Assembly (NCBI RefSeq): GCF_028641065.1
Contig: NC_073401.1
Location: 22,320,001-22,384,000 of the forward strand
Direction: 5' to 3'
DNA length: 64,000 bases
From: Leucoraja erinacea
Lineage: Eukaryota
The notes under the pieces were generated by a model. That model was not told where the DNA came from. It did not search any database and saw nothing but the letters and a program-made list of their open reading frames with translations. Every line of letters begins with the position of its first letter. The stretch's first letter is position 1. Shown here piece by piece: positions 19,810 through 31,992 of the stretch. The position numbers and the translations under genes were made by a program.

Positions 19810-21334
19810 CTGTTTAATAAGAAGTCACATTTAATTGGAGAATTGCTGTCGTTGAGATATCATATTTCAGAAAATGCATTCCATTAGAGCACTCATTTAT
19901 TAATTTGTAGAACATCGTTTTATTCTCGACCTATTTCAAACCAATGAATGTGTGTTTTTGTTTAATTCGGATAAACAATGAATAAACAACGTGAAAGCAA
20001 CTAGGATAGATGTTGTCTGTCCTATCCATAAACACCACAGAAACAACTGTGATATATCATTTCTGTACAGTTTAATAACATTGAACACATTGATATAACT
20101 TTATAAAAGTGATTTTCACTACACGTCTCCAGCTTTACTTCCATTACCGTCTATTTAAATGTAGCAGATGTCAATAAGTTACTTCGCGGAATTTACATAT
20201 TAACAGATTGACACTTATTTGATTGTGTGCACCCATTGAGATAGAGGGTGACGCTATTTAAGTACCGCAGGAATATTAGGAAGAGATTCTCCGAACCGCC
20301 ACGGTACAGGTTCGCAGATTTGGATTTCATTATAGTTCGAATGTTAATTTATATTTGACATGTATTGTTGCGATCACCAAAGTCTGTTACACGCATTATA
20401 CAAAAGTAACCTATTTCTTGAAGGAAATGTGCGAAACGTTATATTTTCACATTTTGAGGAGAAACTATAAACCCGTTAGACATGTCCACCAGAATTTCGG
20501 CAAAGTTGAATGTCAACGTTGCTGAACCCAGTTAACCAAGCAGTTTACTTTCACATCTGCACAATTATTCTCGCGCGTTGAAGATTTCTGCAAATTATTT
20601 AACAAACCGCATTTTAGTTCGGGGGCACTTGAACTCTACGTCAATCCTTATATACATGGCTACTTCAAAATCCCGAAAAAAGTGCCAATAATTCGCATTG
20701 GGAAACACGCGATAATTATTGGGCGAGAATGAAAAATTGGAGAGTCGCCTCACATTTTCGAGAACATTAAAGTTCTTGAAGTGCTGCCTAAATAATTTGG
20801 TAAATTGTGAACTGTAAACACACATAAAGCTTGGAATCACAGGTACGCGATTTCTACTCTAATATTGAGTGTGTATTGAACGGGCAAGTCTTGCTCGGGT
20901 CCTGAATAATTTGAAATGGCTTTGAGATAGAAATATGGCTCTCATCTGCGAAAACAATGACATCAATTATTTTTGTTATTCAACTAAAATGTAAAGGGAT
21001 TCAGAGTGAAACACTTGTTTAAATATCAAACAAAAACACCGTGGAACTAATTATTCCCTGGCATCCCTGCACGGTGCGGTCGGATATCAATGCGTAAAAA
21101 GGATAGAAACTAGCTACAGTCCCAAATAATTTAATTCGCCCAAAGTAGTTAAAGTCTATGAGTTCATTCGCCCGCTCAGGTTTACTGGGCGCCGAGTTGA
21201 GAAATTTATTTTTAGCTCCATTTTCCAGTTATTTCACTGAGCTATGACTAAGTGAACTCGGAGCGTGAGCGTCTGTAAAACAGGAATCAATACACTGCAC
21301 CAACTACATCGACATAAACCTGTCAAAATTAAGT

Positions 21335-21770
21335 ATAATGTGAAGATAGGCACAAAACGCTGGAGTAACTTAGCGAATCTCTGCAGAAAAGGAATAGGTT
21401 ACGTTTCGGGTCGAGACCCTTCTTCAGACTGGGAGTCAGGGGAAAGGGACGCGAGATATATACACGGTGTAGAGAGATAAAGAAAAATGATAGAGAGATA
21501 AAGAAAAAGTTACGATGATAAAGGAAATAGACCATGGTTTACTGTGGGCTCGGTGAAAACGAGTATCAAAGCCCTGTCACACGGTACGAGTACATTTCAA
21601 GAGCTCTCCCGAGTTTAAAAAAAAAAATCAAACTCGTGGTAAGCACGGAGAATGAACGTAGCGAGTACGTCGGAGTTACTTGAAGTTAGAGAAATCAAGT
21701 CATGCCGCTGTATTGTAAGCTGGCCAAGTGAAATATGAGCTGCTGTTCCTCCAATTTGCGTGAATTACGA
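21335..21770. mobile_element. Penelope-derived repeat with a nested MITE fragment (~21571-21675), in the c2 J-C intron
   Basis: GGAATAGGTTACGTTTCGGGTCGAGACCCTTCTTCAGACT family sequence, plus a GCCCTGTCACACGGTACGAG MITE-like end. Confidence 0.55.
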
Positions 21771-21845
21771 CGTTAATTCAACAAACATTTCATTTACATT
21801 TACAAAATAATCCAGGGCGCCGTCCAAAGAATATATTTCACTTAC

Positions 21846-22187
21846 CACCAATACCCAGCCTCGTTCCTTTACCGAAATGAACACCACTATCCCATTTTGC
21901 ACAGTAATAGTCCGCAGCATCATCCGCTTGAACGTTAGATATTGCGAATGTCGCAGTGTTGCCTGACATTGAGACGGAGAAACGGTCTGGAATGTTCGTG
22001 CCTTTATCAATGCTGCCGGAATAATAGTAGAATAAATACTTTGGAGTTTTGCCAGGGATCTGTTGGTACCAGGAGACATAGTTACCGCCTGAACTGGAGC
22101 CCGATATGGTGCAGGTTATTTCTATGTTCTGTCCCGTAGAGGTGGACATCGAAGGCTGTTGACTTATTGTCATTGCCGCGTTTACAT
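21846..22187 (-). CDS. IGL: Ig light chain c2 germline-joined VJ exon
   Basis: CAG acceptor; MTISQQPS..C..WYQQ..DYYC-AKWDSGVH-FGKGTRL; GTAAGT donor. Confidence 0.95.
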
Positions 22188-22307
22188 CTGAGAAAAGATC
22201 AAGATCAGAAAAATATAAAATCATTGAGATAGTTGAAGTGTGGGAGAAGATGCCAATGTAATGGTGCACGGAAATAAATCTATTGCCCGGGGAAGTATAA
22301 TACTCAC

Positions 22308-22356
22308 AAACTGCGCATAACAGCAGAGCGCCAACCACACTGATCCAGCAAGACAT
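22308..22356 (-). CDS. IGL: Ig light chain c2 leader exon (MSCWISVVGALLLCAV)
   Basis: Signal peptide, phase-1 GTGAGT donor. Confidence 0.9.
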
Positions 22357-22429
22357 TTTAATTAAGCGACTGCACTCAGACAGGGCGTCAGTTTCCTGAT
22401 TAAGTGGCGTCTAAATTTGCTCTAGGGCT

Positions 22430-22520
22430 CGCTTTATAAATGGAATGACGAGTTGGCACCGTGTGTTTATCTTTGCAAACCAATCAAACCAGAATGTTCG
22501 CCGAAGCCAATCAGAAATTG
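22430..22520 (-). promoter_or_regulatory. c2 promoter (CCAAT x2, octamer-like GTTTGCAA, TATAAA)
   Basis: Paralogous to the c1 promoter. Confidence 0.6.
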
Positions 22521-24885
22521 CCAGATCCTTCCTTCGTCGAAATATTCCGCCACTGTGAAGCATGGGGGTCTTATTTTCGTCATTTGTATTTCTAAATAGC
22601 TTGATGCGTTCTCATACATGCAGTGGAATAAAAGGGATTTGCGCACTAGCCCCTTCCCGATAATGAACAATCTATTATTTTCTGTATGATCTTTATGCAA
22701 AAATATAATGAAGAAATTATCTGAGAGTTTTCAATATTATATTTTGTAACTGTTTGGACACGTAAGCGAAACGGTCCAAATAAAACCATATCTCTGAATA
22801 TAACGTGATGGCAGCCACCCTCCTCTGCCCCGTTTTTATTCAGTGTCATCTTAAATCGATATATTTTCGGAATTTTCGAAATGATAATTCCCACAGACAA
22901 TCATCCTTCTTGTGTGAGAATGTTAACTAAGATTAACACTAACAAATGTTAGTGCCGTTGCAGCTTTAGGAAGCAATTCAGACTACGTGGTACGTATGTT
23001 GCTTGGAAGAGCTGCCTGTTTTCACTCCAATACTGTAATGCGCAGTGGACCCTTGCCCAAAGAAGGGCACCTGCATTTAGAAAAACAGAGGTGTTGCATC
23101 TGACTTTAATGAAGTTTGAAATTGGTGATATGTTTGACAACATGTTGATATACTACATACGTATCATTGATAAATAATTTCATCTACAGTTGATGCAGTG
23201 TTTGTATATTCCACACAGCACCAGTGGACGATGAGCATCAGCAATAAGAAGCAACGTCTGCAAGAGCAGCACGAATGGATCGTGATAGTCGTTGTGTCAT
23301 CTGCGCGCCATCCCCGACATTTTGAACGACATTTTCCTTCCATTTGATTAACAACAAAAGTTCCAAACTTAACATCTAGAAATTGTTCGGGATACTTGTT
23401 TTTTCGAAATTAAACTCCAATAACCGGAGTTAGATCTTGGGTGCGCGCGCCACTATTTTTTCCATCCGGGGAGAGCAGACGAAGAACACACAGTCACACA
23501 CTGCTGCCGTCACACAGGTGGCCACAGGCAAAGAAGCCGGGACAATGTTAATGGTTGTTCAGACATTAATATCAATCGAAGGCATTGATTTACACCCGAC
23601 AATATCACTGTTCTGAATATCCTTTAACATCTCTGAATACTCCTTAATATAAATGACGACCTGGCAACTAACGTGAATGCATGGATCATAAATTCCCGTT
23701 AAACCAGATTAATTTAGCAGCCGTCATTATTGCTCGGCCAACCATTAACATAAACGTCCATTCTTTCCAGCACGGCTGGGACGGGAACACAATGTGTACC
23801 ATCTACAGAATCAGTTGCAATAGCGCGCGTAAACCACTCTAAACGTATGCATGTCACTACGACAGGCATGTTTATCACATGTTTATTGGCAGAATCCCCT
23901 CCAAGAGTCTCTCTGGTGCACAATATCCAGGGTTGTAAATATCTCGCATTGCTCTCACCGCTGCCGTTCTTTACTATGCAACGTGCAATGCTGTATGCAA
24001 ATGAACACGGCTCAAGGCTGTTCATCATAATCTTCCCAAATGCCCATCCACAGATGCTGCTTGACCCCCTCAGTTACTCCAGCAGTTTGTGCTTTACTCA
24101 AGATTCCAGTATCTGCAGTTCCTTGTGTCTCTGCGTCCCCAGTTTTGAATGAACAATGAATACTGCGTTCCCAGAGATCCACACATCCCACAAATGTTGG
24201 AGAATTAGATATGATCAAGCGAGAGCGAGCAGAGTGCATTGCTGCATGATTGTTTCATATTTCACATTCGTGGAAAGTGGACACTGTGTACCAATACAAC
24301 AATGTTGACCCCACTGCACGCCCACGTGTGTACTGGGATATCTCCATTTCTTTCCTAGACACGTCTAAGACTAGCTGGGCACATGATTTAATAAATAACC
24401 CCTCACTATTTGAGTACCATGATAAACGGCTAATTCTATAACATAGTTACACTTTCTTTCTTGATCAGACTTATTCATTGAGGTCAAGGAAAGAGCGTTC
24501 ACGCCGCGGCCCTGTTTCCATCAATCTTTCCACCACCACGCACAAGAAGCACAAGACGCGACAAGACAGACACCATTGTGCAGATGCAGAGAGGTGTGTT
24601 CAGCTCTGGTTGAACAACTTCTAATCTTGTGTGTGGACACTCGATAAAAAGACATTCCAGGAACGGAGATTTCTCCAGACTAGCCATGGCAAACAGGAAT
24701 CTGGAAAAGCAGAAATTCATGTGACTCATTATTATTAGCAGTCAAGACTTAATGAGCAATAGGGCGTGAGATTTGATCCTTTATGAGTATTTTCTCGTAT
24801 TTTGCTATGATAAAGATGGTCTTGGAAACAAAAATATCTATCTCCATTCCATCTCATTCCAGCTCCCCACTCAATACTAAATTAT

Positions 24886-27082
24886 AATAGACAATAGACA
24901 ATAGGTGCAGGAGTCATTCAATGTGATCATGACTGATCATCCCCAATCAGTACCCCGTTCCTGCCTTCTCCCCATATCCCCTTACTCCGGTATCTTTAAG
25001 AGCCCTATCTAGCTCTCTTCTGAAAGTATCCAGAGAACCGTTCCCCACCACCCTCTGAGGCAGAGAATTCCACACTCACAACTCTGTTCTAAGTGGCTTA
25101 CACCTTATTCTTAAACTGTGGCCCTGGTTCTGGACTCCCCCAACATCGCGAACATGTTTCCTGCCTCTAGCGTGGCCAAACCCTTAATAATCTTATATGT
25201 TTCAATAAGATAACCTCTCATCCTAAATTCCAGAGTATACAAGCTCACCTATTCCATTCTCTCAGCATATGACAGTCCTGCAATCCTGGGAATTAACCTT
25301 ATAAATCTGCGCTGCACACTCTCAATAGCAAGAATGTCCTTCCACAAATTAGGGGACCAAAACTGCACACAATACTCCAGGTGTGGTCTTACTAGGGCTC
25401 TGTACAACTGCAGAAGGGCCTCTTTTCTACTAGACGCAACTCATCTTGTTATGAAGTCTAACATGACATTGGCTTTCTTCACTGCCTGCTGTATCTGCAT
25501 GCTTACTTTCATTGACTGGTGAACAAGGACCTCCAGATCCCGTTGTCCTTCCTCTTTTCCCAACTTGACACCATTTAGATAATAATCTGCCTTCCTGTTT
25601 TTACTACCAAAGTGGACAACCTCACATCTTTCCACATTAAACTGGATCTGCAATGCATCTGCCCAGTCCCCCAACCTGTCCAAGTCACTCTGCATTGTCA
25701 TAGCATCCTCCTCACAGCTCACACTGCCACCCAGCTTTGTGTCACCTGAAAATTTGCTAATGTTACTTTGAATCCCTTCATCCAAATCATTGATGTATAT
25801 TGTAAATAGCTGTGGTCCTAGCACCGAGCCTTGCTGTACCCCACTAGTCACTGCCTGCCATTCTGAAAGGGCTCGTTAATCCCTACTCTTTGTTTCCTGT
25901 CTGCCAACAATGTTTTACCCCAATACCATGTGCTATAATTTTGCCCACTAATCTCCATGTGGGACCTTATCAAATGCTTTCTGAAAGTCCAGGTACACTA
26001 CATCCACGGGCTCTCCCTTGTCCATTTTCCTAGTTACATCCTAAAAAAATCCAGAAGATTAGTTCAACATGATATTCCCTTCGTAAATCCATGCTGACTC
26101 GGACCGATCCTGTTACTGCTATCCAAATGAGCCGCTATTTCATATTTTATGATTGACTCCAGTATCTTCCCCACCACCGATGTCAGGCTAACTGGTCTAT
26201 AATTCCCTGTTTTTTCTCTCCCGCCTTTCTTAAAATGTGGAATGACATTAGCTACCCTCTCATCCACATGAACTGATCCTGAATCTATAGAACATTGGAA
26301 AATGATCACCAATGCGCCCACAGTTTCTAGAGACACTTCCTTAAGTACCGTGGGGTGCAGACCATCAGGCCCTGGAGATTTATCAGTCCCATCAGTCTAC
26401 CCAACACCATTTCCTGCCTAATGTGGATTTCCTTCAGTTCCTCGGTCACCCCAGATCCTCTGGCCACTAGAACATCAGGACGATTGTTTGTGTCCTCCTT
26501 ATTGAAGACAGGTCCGAAGTACCTGTTCCACTCATCTGCCATTTCCTAGTTCCCCATAATGAAATCACCCCTTTTCAGTCTTCGAGGGTCTTAACTATTT
26601 TATTCCTCTTCACATACCTAATGAAGCTTTTACTATCCTCCTTCATATTCTTGGCTAGTTTACATTCGTACCTCATCTTTTCTCCTCGTATTGCCTTTTT
26701 AGTTGTCTTCTGTTGCTCTCTAAACATTACCCAATCCTCTTGCTTACCAATCATCTTTGCTACGTTGTACTTCTCTTTTATTTTTATACTGTCCCTGGCT
26801 TCCCTTGTCAGCCCCTTACTCCCCTTGGAATCTTTCTTCCTCTTTGGAATGAACTGATCCTGCACCTTCTGTATTATTCCCAGAAATACCTGCCATTGTT
26901 GTTCCACTGTCATCCCTGCTAGGGTATCTTTCCAGCCAACTTTGGCCAGCTCCTCCCTCATGGTTCCATAGACCCATTTGTTCAACTGTAACCGATTCAC
27001 CTCCGATTTTACCCTTCTCCCACTCAAATTGTAGATTAAAACTTACCATATTATGGTCACTACCTCCTAATGGCTCCTTAAC
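24886..27082 (-). mobile_element. 5'-truncated CR1-type LINE with 9-bp TSD
   Basis: RT motifs in fragmented ORFs. CTAAATTAT at 24877-24885 and 27083-27091. Empty site in the paralogous flank near 41305. Confidence 0.9.
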
Positions 27083-27309
27083 CTAAATTATCAAGACTTC
27101 TCTGATATTGTTTTTAAAGAAAGAGCAATACGGCTGTGATTGAATACTCACCACATGTTTCAATGAGCCCGAATAACATTGAAAAAGTTCGACATGTTAC
27201 AGGATGAAGTTTCTTATTTGAATGGTATAAACCTAAACTTTGTCTCTGTCGACCACAAGTGCAACAAGGCCGCAGTATGTGCCGTCTGGAGTCCCTTATG
27301 TATAGCCAA

Positions 27310-27941
27310 CTGCAACATTGTCACCAAAGAATGAAGGCGTAGACTGGTTTCTAAATGCGGAGAGAATCCAGGAGTTGGGACTACTGGTATAGGATCTCCA
27401 ATAAGTTGATTCGCAAGTGGATTCGGTAGTAAAGAAAGCAAACGCAATGATAACATTTATTTGGAGAGGGCTTGTATACGAAAACAGGAATGTCATGCTG
27501 AGGCTCCATAATGCGCCGGTCGGGTCGGATTTGGAATATTGTGAGCAATGCTGGGCACCGTATCTGAGGAAGTGCTGCCTCTGGAAAGGGTCCAGAGGAG
27601 GTTTACAAGAATGATCACAGGAATGAGTGTGTTAACATCTAATGAGCGTTTGACGGCACTGGGACTGTACTCGCTGGAGTTTAGAAGAATGAGATGAGAC
27701 CTCATTGAAACGTACAGAATAGTGAAAGGCTTGGATGGTGTGGATGTGGAGCGGATGTGACCAGTAGTAGTGAGTCCAGGGCGAGACACAGAATTAAAGA
27801 CCGTTCTTTTAGGAAGGAGATGAGGAAGAATTTATTGGTAAATCGGTGGAATTATTTGCCACAGAAGGCTGTGGAGGCCAAGGCAGTGGCTAATTTTAAG
27901 AGATAGATAAATGTATGATTAGTGCGGGTATCACAGTTTAT
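27310..27941 (+). mobile_element. CR1-type 3' fragment, split by a DNA transposon (continues 28903-28960)
   Basis: VVKKANAM..LEYC..WAPYL. The tail sequence resumes TATGGGGAG after the insertion. Confidence 0.75.
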
Positions 27942-28291
27942 TAGGCTGTGGGCCGGGCATCAACAATGTGTCTAGAAATCAGTTTTCGTGACCCAAGTCA
28001 TCAAACTACATGAAACGTTGCACAGATTTAGATTAAATATAATTGAGAAGGAAGTCATAACTCGTCATTGCCGAAAGTTGCACATTCATTAATTAGAAAA
28101 TGAGATCGGGAAAGTAAGCGCCATCTAGTGGCCAATGCCCCTATTACACGATGGGCAGCCTATTTCCGTGTTGCAGTCCATTTCAACTATATATTATTAT
28201 ACCTATATATATTCCAGATAGTAATATAGGTATAATAATATAATATATATGATAATATAATAATAATAATATAATAATATCATATATAGGT

Positions 28292-28322
<31 letters not shown>

Positions 28323-28902
28323 ACCTATATATATTCCAGATAGATATATTCCTCCGTTTTCCTGGAAACGGCCGCTACGGACGGCACTAAGGACGGCACT
28401 ACGGACAGACTTTAGATCTTACCTTTCAGTTTGAGTTGATTCACAAAGTTTCACAACTTTGTGTTGCAGCATCTCAGCATGGACTTTGCTTTCAAGACTT
28501 TCTTCCACTTCTATCCACTTAGCTGCACATATTTCAGACTTCTTAATGCTATTCTCACTAAATTCAATTACCCTGCTGCAAGTTTCCACGACAAAGAACC
28601 TTCATCGGAATCTCCAGTAAAAAACAGGCGTCAGTGAAACCCTCTCTGTGTGGCTAGCCTGAAACAAAGCGCGTGATTGGCCAACTGGCAGACAACTCAA
28701 TGTTAAACGTGCTTTGATTAGACTACAAATTCCCGAATTATTTCCAATTTTTCCTCTAATTTAATTAAAATGTGCAAGTCTTGTTCATGACGAGTTTCAG
28801 GGGTGATTTATATATATGTTTTACACAATATGTGAAAATTTAATGTAGTTCTGTGACTTGGGTCACGAAACACTGGAATAAAGCTCCTCGGCCCACAGCA
28901 TA
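27942..28902. mobile_element. Non-autonomous DNA transposon with terminal inverted repeats (possibly Academ-like)
   Basis: Termini TAGGCTGTGGGCCG / CGGCCCACAGCATA, subterminal inverted TTTCGTGACCCAAGTCA, and a 3-bp TAT duplication inside a CR1. Confidence 0.75.
28116..28134 (-). promoter_or_regulatory. CTCF-like binding motif
   Basis: Minus strand TGGCCACTAGATGGCGCTT closely fits the CTCF core consensus. Confidence 0.55.
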
Positions 28903-29409
28903 TATGGGGAGTAGACTTGATCGGTCATATGGCCTAATTCTGCACCCATCACTTATGATCTTAACACTTATGATCATATAAGGCAGACAAGACCAACAGA
29001 CGCATAATAATGTATAGAATGCGCAAAACAGCTGAATTTGCTGGTTTGCATTGAACGTTTGCTGCAGGAGCTGTCATCCATCCTTTTTCGCTGAGGATGC
29101 GAAATGACTCGCGGAATGACTCCAGTATTTTGTGTCTATCTTCCGCATTATTATATAGTTGTTTGCAAGGTATCACCAGCAAATGGTGTTGGACCAGCCA
29201 TACGGAAGCAATCGCCAAGGATGCACACAACACCTTTATTCCCTTAGGAGGTTTGACGTGTACCCAACATGGTTTGAGAACAGCTCCATTGAAATACGCA
29301 AGAAATTGCAGACAGTTGTGGACATAGCCCAGGCCATCACGCAAACCAATCTACCTTACTTGGACTTCACCTGTACCACGCCACCTTGCTGAGCCACCAG
29401 CATCACCTA

Positions 29410-31105
29410 CGACAGCCTAAAGAGGAAGCCTACAGGATCGGTGATGCAGCCTCTACAGGCAGGCAACGTACAAGCTGAGAAGAGGAATCAGAGCTGCCAA
29501 GGAAAGGTACTCTGAGAAGTTGAGGAGCAAGTTCTCAGCTAGTGACTCTTCTTCAGTTTGGAAGGGCTTGCAAGAAATCACCAGCTACACGAGGAAAGCC
29601 CCCCCGCTCTTTGGACAATCGTCAGCTGACCAACGACCTGAATGAGTTATATTGCAGGTTTGACAAGCAGAAATGTAACCCTAGTACCCCCTCCACCCCA
29701 ACCCCCCGGCCCCCCACCCCCAACCAACACAGACCCCAGTCTACAAAGACTGGACCCTTCTACAAGGTCTCCTCCCCATTCACCACTTCACACCTACTTA
29801 AAGAAAGACTCCAGTCTGAAAAGACTGGACCATTCCCCACCCCAACCAACACTTCACACACACCCGCAACCTGACCCCAGTCTGCAAAGACTGGACCTTT
29901 CTACACCCAATCCTCCCCAATCACCACTTCACACCAACTTAAAACAAGACTTCAGTTTGAAAAAAAATGGACTCTTTCCCACCTACCCCTCTCCCATCGC
30001 CACTTAATATCACGCCCAATTACCCATCCACTCCGTGCTGCACAACATCACTTCTTCATCATCAACAATAAAAATAGAGGATGTGGAGAGGCTGTTCAGA
30101 AGGTAGAAAAGCCAGAAATCTCCAGGACCGGGTAATGTTTCACCCTCTACTCTCAAGCTCTGTGCTGAACAACTGGCACCGGTCTACACACACATTTTTA
30201 ACCAGTCCCTGCAAACATATACTGTCCCTGGCTGCTTCAAAGTCTCCACTGTTGTCCCTTTACCGAAAAAGTCAAGGATTACTGGTCTTACTGACTACAG
30301 GCTTGTCGCACTGACCTCCGTAGTCATGAAGGCCCTTGAAAGGCTTGGGTTGGACAAGCTGAAAATTATGACGAACCATAATGGACCATCTGCAGTTTTC
30401 ATATTGGGCCTATAGATCTGTGGATAACGCAGTCAACCTGGGCCTGCACTTCATCCTCTAGCACCTAGACGGCCTTGGGACCTAAGCGAGGATTTTGTTT
30501 GTTGATTTTAGCTCTGCATTCAACACCATTGTGCCAGAGCTACTACACTCCAAACTTTCCGAGTTGACTGTGCCTGAACCCCTCTGTCGGTGGATCACCG
30601 GCTTCCTGACAGATAGGAAGCAGCATGTGAGGCTGGGAAAGCACATCTCGGACCCGCAAACCCTCAGCATAGGAGCACCGCAAGGCTGCGTATTCTCCCC
30701 TCTCCTCTAATCTCTCTACACCAATGACTGCACCTCCACCGACTCCTCTGTCGAGCTTCTCAAATTTGCGGATGACACAACCCTCATTGGACTAATCTAG
30801 GATGGGGAAGAATCTGCCTATAGATGCCAGCAGGAAGTGACACAGCTGGCGGCCTGGTGCCATCGCAACAACCTGGAGCTCAATGCTCTTAAGACAGTGG
30901 AATTGATAGTAGACTTTAGGAGATCTCCGCCTCCCCTCACCCCACTTATCATCAACAACACCACCGTCCCATCTGTGAAGCCTTTTAACTTCCTGGGAAG
31001 TCTTTTAGGTTCCATCGACTCCACAGTCAAAAAGGCAGAACAGAGGATGTACTTCCTGTGGCAGCTGAGGAAGCACAATTTGCCACAGGCAATGGTGGTC
31101 CAACT
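29410..31105 (+). mobile_element. Rex1/Babar-type LINE fragment (degenerate RT) with internal tandem repeats at ~29720-29990
   Basis: FVDFSSAFNTI, GAPQGCV.SPLL, AWC..NNLELNALKTVELIVDFRR. Confidence 0.8.
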
Positions 31106-31496
31106 CGTCATGCACTGAATGGTTTATCTTGATCCAGTATCTGTACATTGTGGACGGCTTGATTGTAATCATAGAGAGTCCTTTCATTGACCGGTCAGCA
31201 CACATCCAAAACCGTTTTCACTAAAGCTCAATAAATTAAACCAAGATGATGAAGAAAAAAAGATTAGTTAAAAAAAACAGTGACCAGGGGATGTAAATGT
31301 GAACGAAATAAATATGAGATTCCAGGTTGCGGTGACACGGGTGTTTCAGATTTAACATTGTCCATTAGAGCCACGGTTACATAGATGAAGAAGAAATATG
31401 AAGTATTATGGAGCAGAGCAAACTAATTCTGTTTTATGAACTTTGACGCAGAACGCCAATGTATGTGTCAGGTGTGCAGAGCGGAGAGTGAACTTG

Positions 31497-31992
31497 ACTT
31501 AGAGGGAGTACAGAGAAGGTTCACCAGACTGATTCCTGGGATGTCAGGAATTTCATATGAAGAAAGACTGGATAGACTCGGCTTGTGCTCGCTAGAATTT
31601 AGAAGATTGAGGGGGGATCTTATAGAAACGTACAAAATTCTTAGGGGGTTGGACAGGCTAGATGCAGGAAGATTGCTCCCGATGTTGGGGAAGTCCAGGA
31701 CAAGGGGTCACAGGTTAAGGATAAAGGGGAAATCCTTTAGGACCGAGATGAGAAAAACATTTTTCACACAGTGAGTGGTGAGTCTCTGGAACTCTCTGCC
31801 ACAGAAGGTAGTTGAGGCCAGTTCATTGGCTATATTTAAGAGGGAGTTAGATGTGGCCCTTGTGGCGAAAGGGATCAGGGGGTATGGAGACAGGATACTG
31901 AGTTGGATGATCAGCCATGATCATATTGAATGGCGGTGCAGGCTCGAAGGGCCGAATGGCCTACTCCTGCACCTATTTTCTATGTTTCTATG
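31497..31992 (+). mobile_element. CR1-type LINE 3' end
   Basis: LEGVQRRFTRLIPG..YEERLDRLGL and a TTTCTATG tail. Confidence 0.85.

Noticed and set aside
21838-22356. 172-aa ORF running through the c2 leader, intron and VJ
   Set aside because: The 120-nt intron has canonical GT..AG sites and is open by chance; the c1 equivalent is 121 nt and out of frame. Not a single-exon gene.
29720-29990. Spaced repeats (CCAGTCT.CAAAGACTGGACC) superficially like a CRISPR array
   Set aside because: Degenerate tandem repeats with related spacers, inside a Rex1-type LINE in eukaryotic DNA; no cas genes.
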